Below, one piece after another: positions 28,143 to 40,300 of a DNA stretch of 64,000 nucleotides. The notes under the pieces are model-generated. The model saw only the letters and a list, made by a program, of their open reading frames with translations. It did not search any database and was not told the origin of the DNA. The DNA comes from Ascidiella aspersa (lineage: Eukaryota): NCBI GenBank assembly GCA_963924565.1, contig OZ004614.1:26164001-26228000 (forward strand), read 5' to 3'. Every line of letters begins with the position of its first letter. The stretch's first letter is position 1. The position numbers and the translations under genes were made by a program.

Positions 28143-29342
28143 TAAAGAGATATAAGAAAAATATTCGCAACTATTTTATCCCGCTACATTACTCCAATGT
28201 AAGAGAGTCAGTAGCAACCCAAGAAAAGATTTTCGTGTAGCAGTTTATAAGTTTTATGCCGATGCAAAATAGTCACGTGAAAAACAAAAACTATTTACAT
28301 AAACTTTACAAAATAAATCCACATTCGAAAACAATAAATGAAACATTTTTGTGGCAATAATAGAAAATGTTATTCGTCCAAAGCAGATTTATGCAAATAC
28401 GAACAAATAAATTTGCCTATTTTACGTCACGCTTCAAAAGTTACGTCACAGGAGACACACAAGACGCGAAATGCGTAAAACCTTGGTTCGGTATCATGTT
28501 CAAGTGTTGTTAATTTATGTTTTAGTGAATGATAGAATATTATTCCTATTAATGTTTTGTTAAATAAACTTATTTTTAAAAGCTTCAAGTTAATTTTTTA
28601 AAGATTTTTTAGCATCGTAAGTGCATACCGTAATTATTTGGGAAGAGGCTCTTAACTCGAAAAAAGAAGATGTTTAATTTGAAATATATTTACTAATGCT
28701 TGTTTTACCACCAAGAAGAGCGGGGTAAATAGCCAACAGGCACTTAACTAAGGCTATTTATCCGGGGCCGAAAAATTAATCAATGAATTTTATTTAATTA
28801 TTAATTGAAAAATAAATCACAAAAATATACCAAAGCTTGGAAATTTCACTTAATAGCTCACAACCCAAACCAAATCTATGTATAATTCAAATTCGAAACT
28901 GAAAGCCATGGCAGACTCACTGAATCTGACATTGAATGATGCAAGCAGGGCAGGCTAGAAAAACAAGCTTGCAGAGGGGTTCGGACTCACGACCTTCTGT
29001 CATACCAAGACTGTCGCTCTACCAACTGGGCTACACGGGCTCAGAGAGGTTTAGAAAACTCAAATTAGAATCTTTGGATTTTGCGCAGGGTAATGCTATG
29101 CAGCTTAAAATTGCGCTGCTGTAATAAGATTACTGCAAACATAAAAAATTCACAACTCTAGTTGAAAATTTTCGCAGGTGTAATAAAGTTATTTCTAAAT
29201 TTGCATGGCAGTAAAGAAGTACTATATCGAAAGATGTTAGCCATCTATGTAAATTACCACTTTCTTATCAATTTTCTTGCTCAGCAACGTTTCCTTTTTT
29301 GTTGCAGTTTAAAGTGACATTTTTGCTGCTTTACATTAGAAG
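28143..29342. promoter_or_regulatory. Putative bidirectional promoter between LRMDA(-PHF10) and ALG8(-TBC1D20)
   Basis: Head-to-head genes; two ttacgtcac motifs (about 28422 and 28442) and gtcacgtga (about 28272). A possible ALG8 5'UTR intron runs from gtaagt at 28617 to ttgcAG at 29307. Confidence 0.45.
28903..29040 (-). mobile_element. tRNA-derived SINE (tRNA-like head plus body)
   Basis: The reverse complement GCCCGTGTAGCCCAGTTGGTAGAGC...GGTCGTGAGTCCGAACC has A and B boxes but broken stems. The body (ctagcctg..tgcttg..gattcagtgagtctgccatggct) is shared with the copy at about 11672-11780. Confidence 0.75.
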
Positions 29343-30971
29343 ATGATGGAGACTTTACACACATACACTATTTCATCTTCATTAGCAATACTAATCCTGT
29401 CAACAATGCTAAAACTTCTGTTGATGCCGTCGTACACTTCAACTGATTTTGAGGTTCATCGCAACTGGCTGGCAATAACACACAGCTTACCTCATCATTT
29501 GTGGTACTTTGAAGACACCTCTGAATGGACTTTGGACTACCCTCCCCTATTTGCGTGGTTTGAATGGCTCCTTTCACAAATTGCAGTTTATTGTGACAAG
29601 GATATTGTGAACATTTCAAATCTAAACTACAAAAGTGTGGCTACTGTATATTTCCAAAGGGGCTCTGTAATAATATGCGACTTTGTGTTGTTTTATGCTA
29701 CTTACAAATGTGCAAAATTTCTTCACCCAACGGTAAAGTCCAAAGTAAAAAGAAATGCAGGCAACGAATATGACGTCCAGGTTATATTTTTTTCTCTTAT
29801 TTCATTTAGCTGTGGACTTCTCATAGTGGACCACATTCATTTTCAATATAATGGGTTTTTGTTTGGAATTCTTTTTTTGTCATTTGCTAATATGATGAAA
29901 GGCAATTTTGTGTGGGCTTCGCTATGGTTTGCCATCCTCATCAATTTTAAGCACATATTCTTCTATATCGCCCCAGTTTATGGAATCTATTTGCTGCGAT
30001 GTTACTGCATGGACAAGTGCAAGACTGGATTAGATGCATTAAAATCTTTTAGTTTCAGCCGTTTATTTGTTCTAGGAACTGTTGTCTTGAGCATTTTTGC
30101 GATTACATACGGCCCATTCATCGAACATATTGCTCAAGTTGTCAGCAGATTATTTCCCTTTAAACGTGGCCTCACTCACGCTTACTGGGCTCCAAACTTC
30201 TGGGCTCTTTATAATTTTGCCGACAAACTTTTGCACCAAGTAAACCTAAAGTATGGCTTTCAAAACATCACCAAAGCAGGTTCGAGCACGAGTGGCCTTG
30301 TGCAGAATATAGAGCATAGTGTGCTGCCATCCGTTCCACCGGTGGCCACCTTTGTTCTAACGTTAATTTCTATTGTCCCATGTCTCGTTAAGATGTGGGT
30401 TAGTCCGTGCAAAACGGATGGAAATAGCTTTAATCAGTTTTTACGGTCGCTTGTCTTGTGTTCGTTGAGCTCGTTCATGTTTGGTTGGCACGTTCATGAA
30501 AAAGCAATTTTAATGGCACTTCTGCCACTAACACTTCTGGCCGTTAACGGGTCAAAAGGTGATGCTGCTGTATTCCTAATATTGCAAGCTTGTGGTCATT
30601 ATTCTTTGTTTCCACTTCTTTTTACTTATTTTGAAACCGTAACAAAAATTTGTTTGTTTTCTGTTTACATCATATTTTCTTTTTTATCAGTCGGTTATAT
30701 TCACAACCATCAATTTGGATTGAAATCTAATCTTCCTCTTTTAAATTATGTTGAATCTGTTTATGTGTATGGCCTTATTTTTGTGGAATTGTTTTGTGCG
30801 TTAGCTGCAACTATCCCGCAGCTTAAGCGTTTTGTCTACTTGCCACTAATGGTAACATCTGTGTATTGTGCTGTTGGCGTAACATATTCTTATGTGCTTT
30901 TGTACAAGCAGTTTTTGTTTGATAATGTCACAGAAGTACAAACAAAAACGTATGCAAAAAAGATGAAATAG
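29343..30971 (+). CDS. ALG8: Dol-P-Glc:Glc1Man9GlcNAc2-PP-Dol alpha-1,3-glucosyltransferase, intronless
   Basis: YTSTDFEVHRNWLAITHSLP, SEWTLDYPPLFAWFEW, VDHIHFQYNG, RLFPFKRGLTHAYWAPNFWALY, FGWHVHEKAIL, and a lysine-rich C-terminus (AKKMK). Confidence 0.97.
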   Translation: MMETLHTYTISSSLAILILSTMLKLLLMPSYTSTDFEVHRNWLAITHSLPHHLWYFEDTSEWTLDYPPLFAWFEWLLSQIAVYCDKDIVNISNLNYKSVATVYFQRGSVIICDFVLFYATYKCAKFLHPTVKSKVKRNAGNEYDVQVIFFSLISFSCGLLIVDHIHFQYNGFLFGILFLSFANMMKGNFVWASLWFAILINFKHIFFYIAPVYGIYLLRCYCMDKCKTGLDALKSFSFSRLFVLGTVVLSIFAITYGPFIEHIAQVVSRLFPFKRGLTHAYWAPNFWALYNFADKLLHQVNLKYGFQNITKAGSSTSGLVQNIEHSVLPSVPPVATFVLTLISIVPCLVKMWVSPCKTDGNSFNQFLRSLVLCSLSSFMFGWHVHEKAILMALLPLTLLAVNGSKGDAAVFLILQACGHYSLFPLLFTYFETVTKICLFSVYIIFSFLSVGYIHNHQFGLKSNLPLLNYVESVYVYGLIFVELFCALAATIPQLKRFVYLPLMVTSVYCAVGVTYSYVLLYKQFLFDNVTEVQTKTYAKKMK

Positions 30972-31055
30972 TAAAAATGCTGTAATTCCATGTTTCTTTA
31001 TTACTATGCATACCTTTCATGTTCAAAGTTTGCATTATATTATCTTGGTGCTAAG

Positions 31056-31432
31056 TAGGGATGTCCATATCCGGTACACAATGCCAAATGTTAATATCAG
31101 TATTCATCTGATACCACTGTGGTACCAGTGCTAATCCGATTCCAAACTTATAAAGGGTTTAAGCCATGGTTTACGATCCAACTAGTGTCTTTTATCTTTT
31201 ACTACAAAAAATAAAAATCAATAATTTAATAACAATCAAAGAGAACTGAGTTCCTAATGCAAAAACAAATTTGGCTTAACACTAGAAAACATTAAATTTT
31301 ATATTTTACCTAAAAATATATATAAATATTGTGGACAATAGTAATGCTGTCATTTGGTATCGGATCAGGTATTAATACTTTCTCCAAAATAATCGAACAA
31401 TCAGAAAAAACCTAGAATATTGGACATCCTTG
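31056..31432. mobile_element. hAT-type MITE between ALG8 and TBC1D20
   Basis: TIRs tagggatgtcc...ggacatccttg with degenerate 8-bp flanks gtgctaag / gtgttcag. Confidence 0.65.
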
Positions 31433-31533
31433 GTGTTCAGCGCTAAAAACGTTTTTTTACCTAAAAAAATTCTCACACGATTTTCCTTCATTACAGGTTT
31501 AAGTTTTGTAACTTGTTCAAAGTAGAATGAAAG

Positions 31534-32667
31534 ATGAACCCAAGCAAGGACAAATTAAGACTGAAGTTAAATGAAATAAACAAAGCGCTCCTGAAGGACC
31601 CGGCGGACATAGTTACGCTTCGACGCCTTGCTATTGCTCCCGGTGGGCTTGTGTGCAGTGAGGCGCGAAGAAGGGTATGGCCCCACCTATTGGATGTTTC
31701 TAAAAATACCGTGGCGCATCCCAAAGATGTGAGAAGCCACAAAGAGTACCGGCAAGTGGTTTTGGACGTTGAACGCTCAGGCAAAAGAATGCCAGAAAAT
31801 TGTTCGAAAGACGAGAAAGTGGCTCTGGAAGAACGTTTGACTGACCTCATCCTCTCTGTGTTAACGCTGCACCCCCAGCTTTGTTATTACCAAGGTTATC
31901 ATGACATTTGCATCACGTTTATGCTTGTATGTGAAGAGGAATCATCACTTGCAATGCTGGAGAGGTTGTCCACCCACCACCTTCGCGACTTCATGGACCC
32001 CACAATGGACAGTACCACCCACATTTTAAACTACCTTATTCCCATTTTAAAACGCGCCAATCCAAAACTGGTTGATTACCTCGAAAAAGCCGAAGTTGGC
32101 ACCGTGTTTGCGCTAAGCTGGTTGATAACCTGGTACAGCTACGTTGTACCTGAGCAAAAGGACATTGAACGCTTGTATGACTTTTTCCTTTCCTGTCATC
32201 CGCTAATGCCGGTGTATTTTGCCGCACAAATTGTCCTCGCCAACTCCGACCAAATTCTTCACGGCGAGTGCGACATGCCACGAGTTTATTCGCTTCTGCT
32301 AAAGTTGGCGAGAACTCCTGACCTTCCGTTGGAAATGCTCATTCAAAAAGCGTCAGACTTTTACATTCAATTCCCTCCTTCATCGTTGGCAAATGAGGCC
32401 GCCGATTACTACAAGAAGAACCTCGCCATTTCGACATTCTGCGACTTTGCGCTGGTTGCGAAACACGAAGCGCCAGACGTTGTGCTCGAAAGACTGGGCT
32501 TGGTTGAGAAAAAAGTAGCTGAAGTCGTTGAGAAGCCATCGGTGGATTCAAGATGGAAGCAGTCGACCAAGACGGTTGCTATCGCACTAGGTGGCGCTGT
32601 TGGGGCTGCGCTCATTGCAATCGGGGGAAAAGCGCTAGAATGGGCTCCTGAACTTTTTGGCTTCTAG
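31534..32667 (+). CDS. TBC1D20: TBC1 domain family member 20 (Rab1/Rab2 GAP), intronless
   Basis: GGLV..ARRRVWPHLL, QVVLDVERS (R finger), LCYYQGYHDI (Q finger), THHLRDFMDPTMD, FALSWLITW, RLYDFFLSCHPLMPVY, and a C-terminal hydrophobic anchor. Confidence 0.95.
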   Translation: MNPSKDKLRLKLNEINKALLKDPADIVTLRRLAIAPGGLVCSEARRRVWPHLLDVSKNTVAHPKDVRSHKEYRQVVLDVERSGKRMPENCSKDEKVALEERLTDLILSVLTLHPQLCYYQGYHDICITFMLVCEEESSLAMLERLSTHHLRDFMDPTMDSTTHILNYLIPILKRANPKLVDYLEKAEVGTVFALSWLITWYSYVVPEQKDIERLYDFFLSCHPLMPVYFAAQIVLANSDQILHGECDMPRVYSLLLKLARTPDLPLEMLIQKASDFYIQFPPSSLANEAADYYKKNLAISTFCDFALVAKHEAPDVVLERLGLVEKKVAEVVEKPSVDSRWKQSTKTVAIALGGAVGAALIAIGGKALEWAPELFGF

Positions 32668-34350
32668 TTTTGATATCAGCAGCACACCAAATATTTTATA
32701 TAAACTGTTGCTACCAGGCATGGTAATATAAATCAAAAACAGCTCCTCTGGTAATTTTAATCCTTCGTCAGGTGAATGACACTGAACGCTGTTACTCACA
32801 AAATAGTTTGTTTGATTGATTAAATGATAATCTGGTGGCAGTCTTTCAATTAAAAAAATGTCTTTTTGTGACACTACTATATTTGAGCGACATAAAAATA
32901 TTGACATGCAAAGGTTAGTGCTAAATAAGAATATATATAATATATATCTATCCTAAAAGCTACTCATTTCACTGTTAATTTTCTAACCCTAATAAGGATT
33001 ATTTCACGAAAGCCATTGCAAACTTATCAAATCTGTCTATTAATTATGCGAGTAAGGCAGGCCAGAAAAACAACTAAGGTTTGAATCTTACCTGGTTGTT
33101 GAACATGTGTGTATCTTTTCATACATCCACTAATAACTAATTATATAATTTTTTGGATTTCTTGGTAAAACTGTGGTTGGTTTATTAACCAAGGATAGAT
33201 AGAAAAGTGGTAATTTCTGCATATTATATTCTGCCATAGTATTTTTTTAGGTGTCATGATTTATTTTGAATGTGCAATGAAGTTGTTATTTTAATTCTAA
33301 ATATATATACTGCCTGGTTATAGATTGAATTGATTATAAATATAGCTATTTTACTTCTGTCACTGTGATTACCTTGGTTTTCCACTGACTAAATTATTGC
33401 GCTGGATTTGTTTAGAAATTTATACCAAATAACATTTTTTGATGATAAATGTTTAAATTCAAAGAAACTAATTTCCTTATAATGGCACGATATTTTTAAG
33501 CATTCCAATTTGGAAAAAAAAAGTTGTCTGTTATTTTTTGTGAAATTTGAACATAGCTTGGTAATAAATTTCGAAGCAAAAAGGCCGAGTAGATCGGCAG
33601 CATAAATTGATAAAATCACTATCAGCATATTCTCATGTGATGCTGAGTACCACCTACTTTCACATTAATCTTCTCCTTTTTCTATTTCTTCTCGCACCAG
33701 CTGCAACAGTTTGGAATTCCCCTTTTTCTGCGCAGTTTAAATGGATCGCCAACCTTTTCCTTCCTCTTGTGTCACTCAAGGCACTAATGCAGCTTGGTTG
33801 ATCTTTCTTTTTTCGTTCAACGATTTATTCAGTTCTTCTGTGGTTACTTGACTATAATTTTGGTGGCGTCCTTGGATAGCAGATTCATTTTCTTTACTGA
33901 CTTTTTTTAGATCAAGGTATTTACCAATGAATGTTTTATTATTGCATGTTCTGATTAAGCAAGATGTTATGCTAGGATTTCAAGCCTTTTAACATTCCTT
34001 ATAGTGCTTATCACTACTAAGTGGAATTTAAATGCAGCCTTTTGTGTTTAGTTAGTTGTCAGTTACTGTAACCAAATTTATTTTTTAACTCTAACATTTT
34101 TAACATGTTTTTTTTTAGTCGGTGAGAGATCTACAGACTCTTATTCAGTGAATTTTTTAATTTATTTTAAATCCTTTTAAAAATAAGATAATTTTTTGTT
34201 TACCTGTTATGTATCCTACAAATCGTTAAAAAGTAACTTGTTGTGCATTATGCTGTTGTTTAATTTGATGCAATTCGTTTCAGTTTAGACTTTCAAACAA
34301 GCAAAAAAACATTTGTTTTATTTTGGCGTACAACCTGTTTAAAAACAACG

Positions 34351-37300
34351 ATGCCTGAACACTCGCTACGGGCAGGAAAAAGAACGACAACTCCTCTAAA
34401 AACTGAATCTTCAACCTCGATACTTAACCTGGTTTATCAAGTGGCAATATTACGTTCCATCATCAAGTGGCTTGTTCGTGTTGTGACCGGAACTTGTCAA
34501 TTGCAAAGAATTATTCAGAAGCACAAAGATGGTGTTTGTACTGTGAAAGTCGGTAAGTTTTAAATTGCATTTAAATTCCTGTGGCATAATTGTGAGCTAC
34601 AGGTAATAATTTGATGCGCATTTTCAAAAAGAAACAAGCTTTTGTTTTTTTGTGTATATTAAATAATATACATATTTTATAATAGACACACTATAGCTGA
34701 TTTACAAGTGAGTAATTTTTAAAAAATAGATATATTTTTTAAATTGGTTTGATCTAGTTTTATAAATATTAAAATGCCAGTGCCTTCACTTCACTTCTTG
34801 TGTTGCTTGGACTATAAAAAATAATAAATGTATTTTTCAACAATTTGCTTTTTTTGATAATTAGGCATTTCCACCGTCTATAGGCTAGAATGAATATTAA
34901 AGCCTAAATAGTAATAAAGTAGAATGTTTTCTTTTTACGTTTTATCGCTTTTATCTTCACTTGATTTGTACACTGATGATCGCATGAGTTATTGCTGAAA
35001 CGTCTGTAAATTGCGAAATGTCGATTTTATCGAATATTATGGATTTGATATTTTTATTGAAAGTAGAATGAATGTAGCATTTTAAACTTTTTAAATATAG
35101 CTTTATTCATTTTCATTATATTTAAGTTGTTGTTTATATGATCACTTTGTGTTTATTAATATTCGAAGCATTTAAAATGTTATCTACTTCTATTATAAGG
35201 TTTGTCATTCTTACTATGTCTAACTACAACCTCCAGCCATTATTTTTAGAGTTATTTGAAACGTTAACAAAATGTTACCTACTTCTGTATGGGCTTTGAT
35301 ATTCATTCTCTGCCTAACTACAACCTGCAATCATTGTGCTTTAAAATAAAGTCATCGCTAAATTTACAGAGGAATGTCTGAGGAGATCAAAGCGTGTTGA
35401 ACTGCGACGAATCATCGAAGAGGAACCAAGTGACATCGAAGCAGCCGTCAAGCAAATAATGCAAATCAAACACATCGTGGAGGAAACAAATCCAAAGTGC
35501 GACGTTTTCCCAACTTAGTTAACAAATTTTCAATAGTTTAAAATATTTGCCAAAATAATGCAATTATTTATGTACCAATAATTGTTTTTTAACTGAGTTA
35601 GGAAAATTTTGCTAAGTTAGGAACAAAAATCATTTCAAAATCAGTGAAATGTAAATAGTTTTATTTTAGAAAAGTTGGTATGTGCATAAATTTATGTTTG
35701 ATGAAATTATCAAAATTCTAATGTGTTTTTTTTTTGCCAAATGCATATAAGCCTATAATGTTTGTTTTTTAATTATTTACACCCAAGGTTTTCTCTAACT
35801 CTGCGTACTTGCTTGGAGCAAATTTACGGTTATGAGTCGCTCTTTGGAGATGTTGAGGCACTGCGAAGTGAAAAGTACGATTGTAGCAACAAGAATCACG
35901 AAAAAATGCTTTTAAAGGTGGGACAATAGCGAGTGCTCTGGTCTGGTTAATATTTTTACATTTTTCAAGAAGTTATTTCACATTCACCTGTATGTTTTGT
36001 TGGGATTGGTTACAAATTTATTTATTCCCAATCATTAAATAGTTTGCACCAGTATGGCAGAATGTCGGTTATTTAGCAACTATGTTAGCTGAAGAATCAG
36101 TCAAAAAAACACAAAACTTATTGCTAAAAAAGTTGTGAAGCGTGTTGTTTAGTGCAAAAAATGCATTGCTGGTTTATGAAGCGTTTATTTTTTTAAATCC
36201 ACTCAAAGCCGATGACTGTTTTCTTTATTATTTATTTGCATTCAAAATTATTAAAATATGTTAACTCTCAGATAACTATTTCTTGATTATCGTCTTTGTA
36301 CATCGTCTAAAGCTGACAAGGTTTATACATTCCTTCGAAAACACAGCGTTTAAATCAAGGAGAGCAGAAAATTATAGGGTGCAAAAAAATGCGGACAATT
36401 TTGTCACCAGAAAGCTGGAAAGATTATGCCAGACTGGGTGCACATTGTTTTATAAGTAGGGCGATTATTTTTTGACTTAAAAAAATAAGAAATTTTAACT
36501 TGAAAAATTAAAATTTTGACCTGTTAGAAATAAATTGATTTAAACAACATTTTTTTTGTTTGAAGTACTGTATTTGTATCTTGGCGTCGCCAACCACACA
36601 TTTTTGATGTTTAACCGACTACAAACCGAACGCAATTATCAGTTATTTTTTCGGGTAAATGCTGTTGAAAATACTTGTTGATATTTTTGTTATTTCAAAA
36701 AGACAAACAGCTATGAAATTGCTGAATTAGAAAAATGTGGTGTAAACAGTTGAAATACAACAAAAAAATAATTGCATTGTCCAAATCAGAGATGCCTTGG
36801 TGGTTCATTCTGCTCGCGTATACTGTATTTTGCTCTCATGAAGATATAATACTGTTAAAATGTCATTGGATATAAATCAAAACTAATTTTTTTTGATAAA
36901 ATTGAAATAAAAAAAAAACAGAAGATAATTTTAAAAAGCTGACTACAGTTTTTTGTTTAATTTTGTAAACGATTTATGTGCATTTTTATTCCAGTCTGAG
37001 TTGAAATAATTTTGACAAATTTTGACTTTCACATATGCTATTTCACGACAAGTCAAAAAATAATCACCCTAGTTATAAGCATAATAACAAACTTGCCCCT
37101 CGAACACCACTGTACCCTCTTAATAATGTCACAAGGTTTGACGCATCTTTAATTTTAGCTTCTAATTAATCCCAACAGGCAGGCGCTTCCTGTCTTTATG
37201 ATGAAGTAAGGTTTTTCCAGGCCACATTAAATGAGTCATATAAGGTCTAAGAATCCTTAAAGTACTTCCTTGCTTTTATTTGCCTGCTAATTTTAACAGG

Positions 37301-40300
37301 TTTATTTTATTTAACTGATATTTTTAGCTCAAATTGTAAATTAAAATTAAAACTAAATGTTTTAATTTTTTTAATCCCCACAAAGGCTTAATTTCATGAG
37401 GTTAATGTGTTTAAATTATCCTTTTTAATAATGAATATCTGATTATTTGCGGCCATCAGTAGTTCAACTTTTTTTATTAAAGCCTTTTATTTTATGCAAA
37501 CTGTTTGGTAATAATCTTGTACTTTGGAGCCATTAGATCAAAGAGCATTGTTAACATTTTTTGTGCTCCTTGGCCAGGTTTTATTGTTGAAACATCCGTG
37601 TTTTTTCCAAAACTAAATTTCATTTGGAGTGATAAAACACTTGATTAAATGGAACGATGTTAGAGAGTTCATTCAATTAATATCGATTTATTTAAAAAAA
37701 AATGTGTTTTGGAAAACAGCACAATTTCTAAAGTAAAAAGCGTTTTTTTAGGAAATATAGATAAAAGCCTGTTAAACCACAATATTCAACCCAATTAAAA
37801 TTTACCTCACACTTTTGTGACATGATTTACATTATTGTTTCTTTTTATGAAATATATATAAATGCCTGTTAAAACCAATTAAAATATATTAAAATTTTAC
37901 TTGATTCATAATTGATTTATTTGAATCAAGGTAAACTGATGATGCCATTCATTTACTTGGAGAAATATATATTTATTTCTTTCTTTTTGCTTAGCTTTGG
38001 CAACTTTTGCGTCCCGATGAACCTCTGGAAAGCAGAGTTTCAAAACAATGGTGTAATATTGGATTCCAGGTAACCAACATGTACAAGTATTTTAATATAA
38101 AGTTGGACTGTTAGTGTATGAAAATAAATAAAATTTCGATAATGGCTGGAGGTTGTACAGTAAAAATATCAAATCTTATACAGAAGCAAGCAGCATTTTA
38201 AACGTTTTAAATATATATATATATTTTTTTTGACATTGTGAAAAGGTACTTTTTTTCTGTATTATTATCAGATGAAGCATGGATGTGCGAAAGCTCGTCG
38301 AGAGCTCAATACAGTTTGTCTTTATAGAGTATAATCTTGTCTTTTTATTGTATATCCTGATAAAAACACAATCGGATCGGATCCAGTAGTTTTTACTAGT
38401 TTACCAGAGTTTGTTTTATGTTAGGGTGACGACCCGAAGACCGACTTCCGAGGTATGGGACTCCTCGGGCTCTCTAACCTTGTTTATTTTGCTGAGAATC
38501 ATCCCCAACTTGCCACACAAACCCTTCAGCACTCCTTCCACCCTAAACACGGGTAAGAACGCATGATTTAAGCCCAGAATTAACGATGTATACCATTCTG
38601 TGTCACAATTCTTTTGTTTCAATAGTCTGCGTCTAATAGTGTGGTTGATAATAGCTGGAGGTTGTAGTTAGACGTTGAATGAATATTAAAGCCCATTTAG
38701 AAGTAGGATTTTAAACGTTTCAAGTAAATCTTTATTCATTTGTTCACTTTTAGTAGTATGTTGGAAATGAATAAAGAGATATTTGAAAGGTTCAAAATGC
38801 ACCCAAAAATGTTGTCACGTTGTTTGTCTACACATTTCCACCACACACTTAAGCAGATATTATTTTTCAGTCGCATTTTGCACTAATACTTGGAACTTTG
38901 CGCATCACAATTGGCAGGAATTAATTTTGTTGAGTCATTTTGAAAACAGTAACTGAACGGCGAGACGCGATGCTTAATAGGAAAAAAATGAAGTGTGACT
39001 CATAACTTTGTAAAACAATTTATATTGAATAGGTTTGGTTTAAAATGCCGTTATTTCGAGCAATTTACGAATCTCTGTTATGTGCCTTTAATTGTAATGA
39101 GTTGATAAATGACTTTATAGTTTTTTTTAAAATGCATTATACTGTATAGTCGAGTAGGGTTTCCTATGGAATTTCTCATTAGACGTGATGGTAAATTTTC
39201 GAGAATTGAGAAGACCTCTTCTATTAATCAGATCCTTCCCTTTCAGTTCGCCAGAAGGGTTGTTATTATTAATATTATGAATTAATAATGATATCGATTT
39301 TTAAATTCACTCAGCGTCCACACACAGCCTGCTGACCAATTATTTTTATGGCTAGCCTAAAGTCAAATTTTGTCTCAATCGTTTGGTAAAATTTGTTAAA
39401 ATTTGTAAATCACACGTTAGGTAAAATTTGTTATTAAAATAAGTTTGTAGTCTGCTGACTAATACGTCTTTGGTCGTACAACGTATTATTATAAAAAAAA
39501 TCATTTTATAGTCAAATTAGTTTACACCTGCAATTTAGGTGCATTGTTAAGCCGTTACCGCGTTTGTATTGTCTTCGCTACTAACTTAAGTTTTTAGTTT
39601 AGCTCAGGGTCACCTAACTCTTTTCATAAAGGTCTGGATAACTGTAAGGATTGGCGATCGCGTTAGCAAATTTTATGTCGAACTTAAACTTTATGTTTGT
39701 TAAATGAAGAATAACATAAAAAAGTATTTACAAAAAACTTTATAAGTTCTTGCGAAATTGTCGGTGGTGATTCGCAATAGCATATTTCCGGTTCCAAATA
39801 TGCGATCTCTGTTTTGATTTCGTGCCATTCGAATTATCCTGAATGCAACTAGATATGTACGGTAATTGACATTTTACTCCCAAACCCGATTTGTTCTACG
39901 AACAGTATCGCTATCTGTTACCAAACGACACCATTACCTTGTTGAAATAGGCATATAGATGGAAATTCAATTTGCTTTGGCATTAGAATGTTTAGATACA
40001 CCGAGTTGTTGACCTACTATTTAAATATAAACTCACCTTTTAAGGTAGAATCACTTCGTTGAATTGAAGTTTAAGCTGAAATTTTTATTTTTACTTGGTA
40101 TTGGACCAACCAGGTACCGCACTAATACTGGTGCTACCTCTTCAGAACGGGTATCAGCTCCGAACTGACGTTATCAGTCATTCCTAAATGTAACTATCGG
40201 TTTTCAAAGCTAACTAAAACTCGCATAAAACTTGTTGGAGAGCTGTTGGTCAGCCCTAGACTTCAAAGTATAACTAGCAGTTGTAGTTTCTGTTCAGCGT

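Noticed and set aside
28967-29040. Functional tRNA gene
   Set aside because: Acceptor and anticodon stems do not pair, the T-loop is mutated (GTCCGA), and it continues into a SINE body.
29290-29342. ALG8 acceptor as proof of trans-splicing
   Set aside because: A good donor (gtaagt, 28617) lies upstream, so an ordinary 5'UTR intron is equally plausible.
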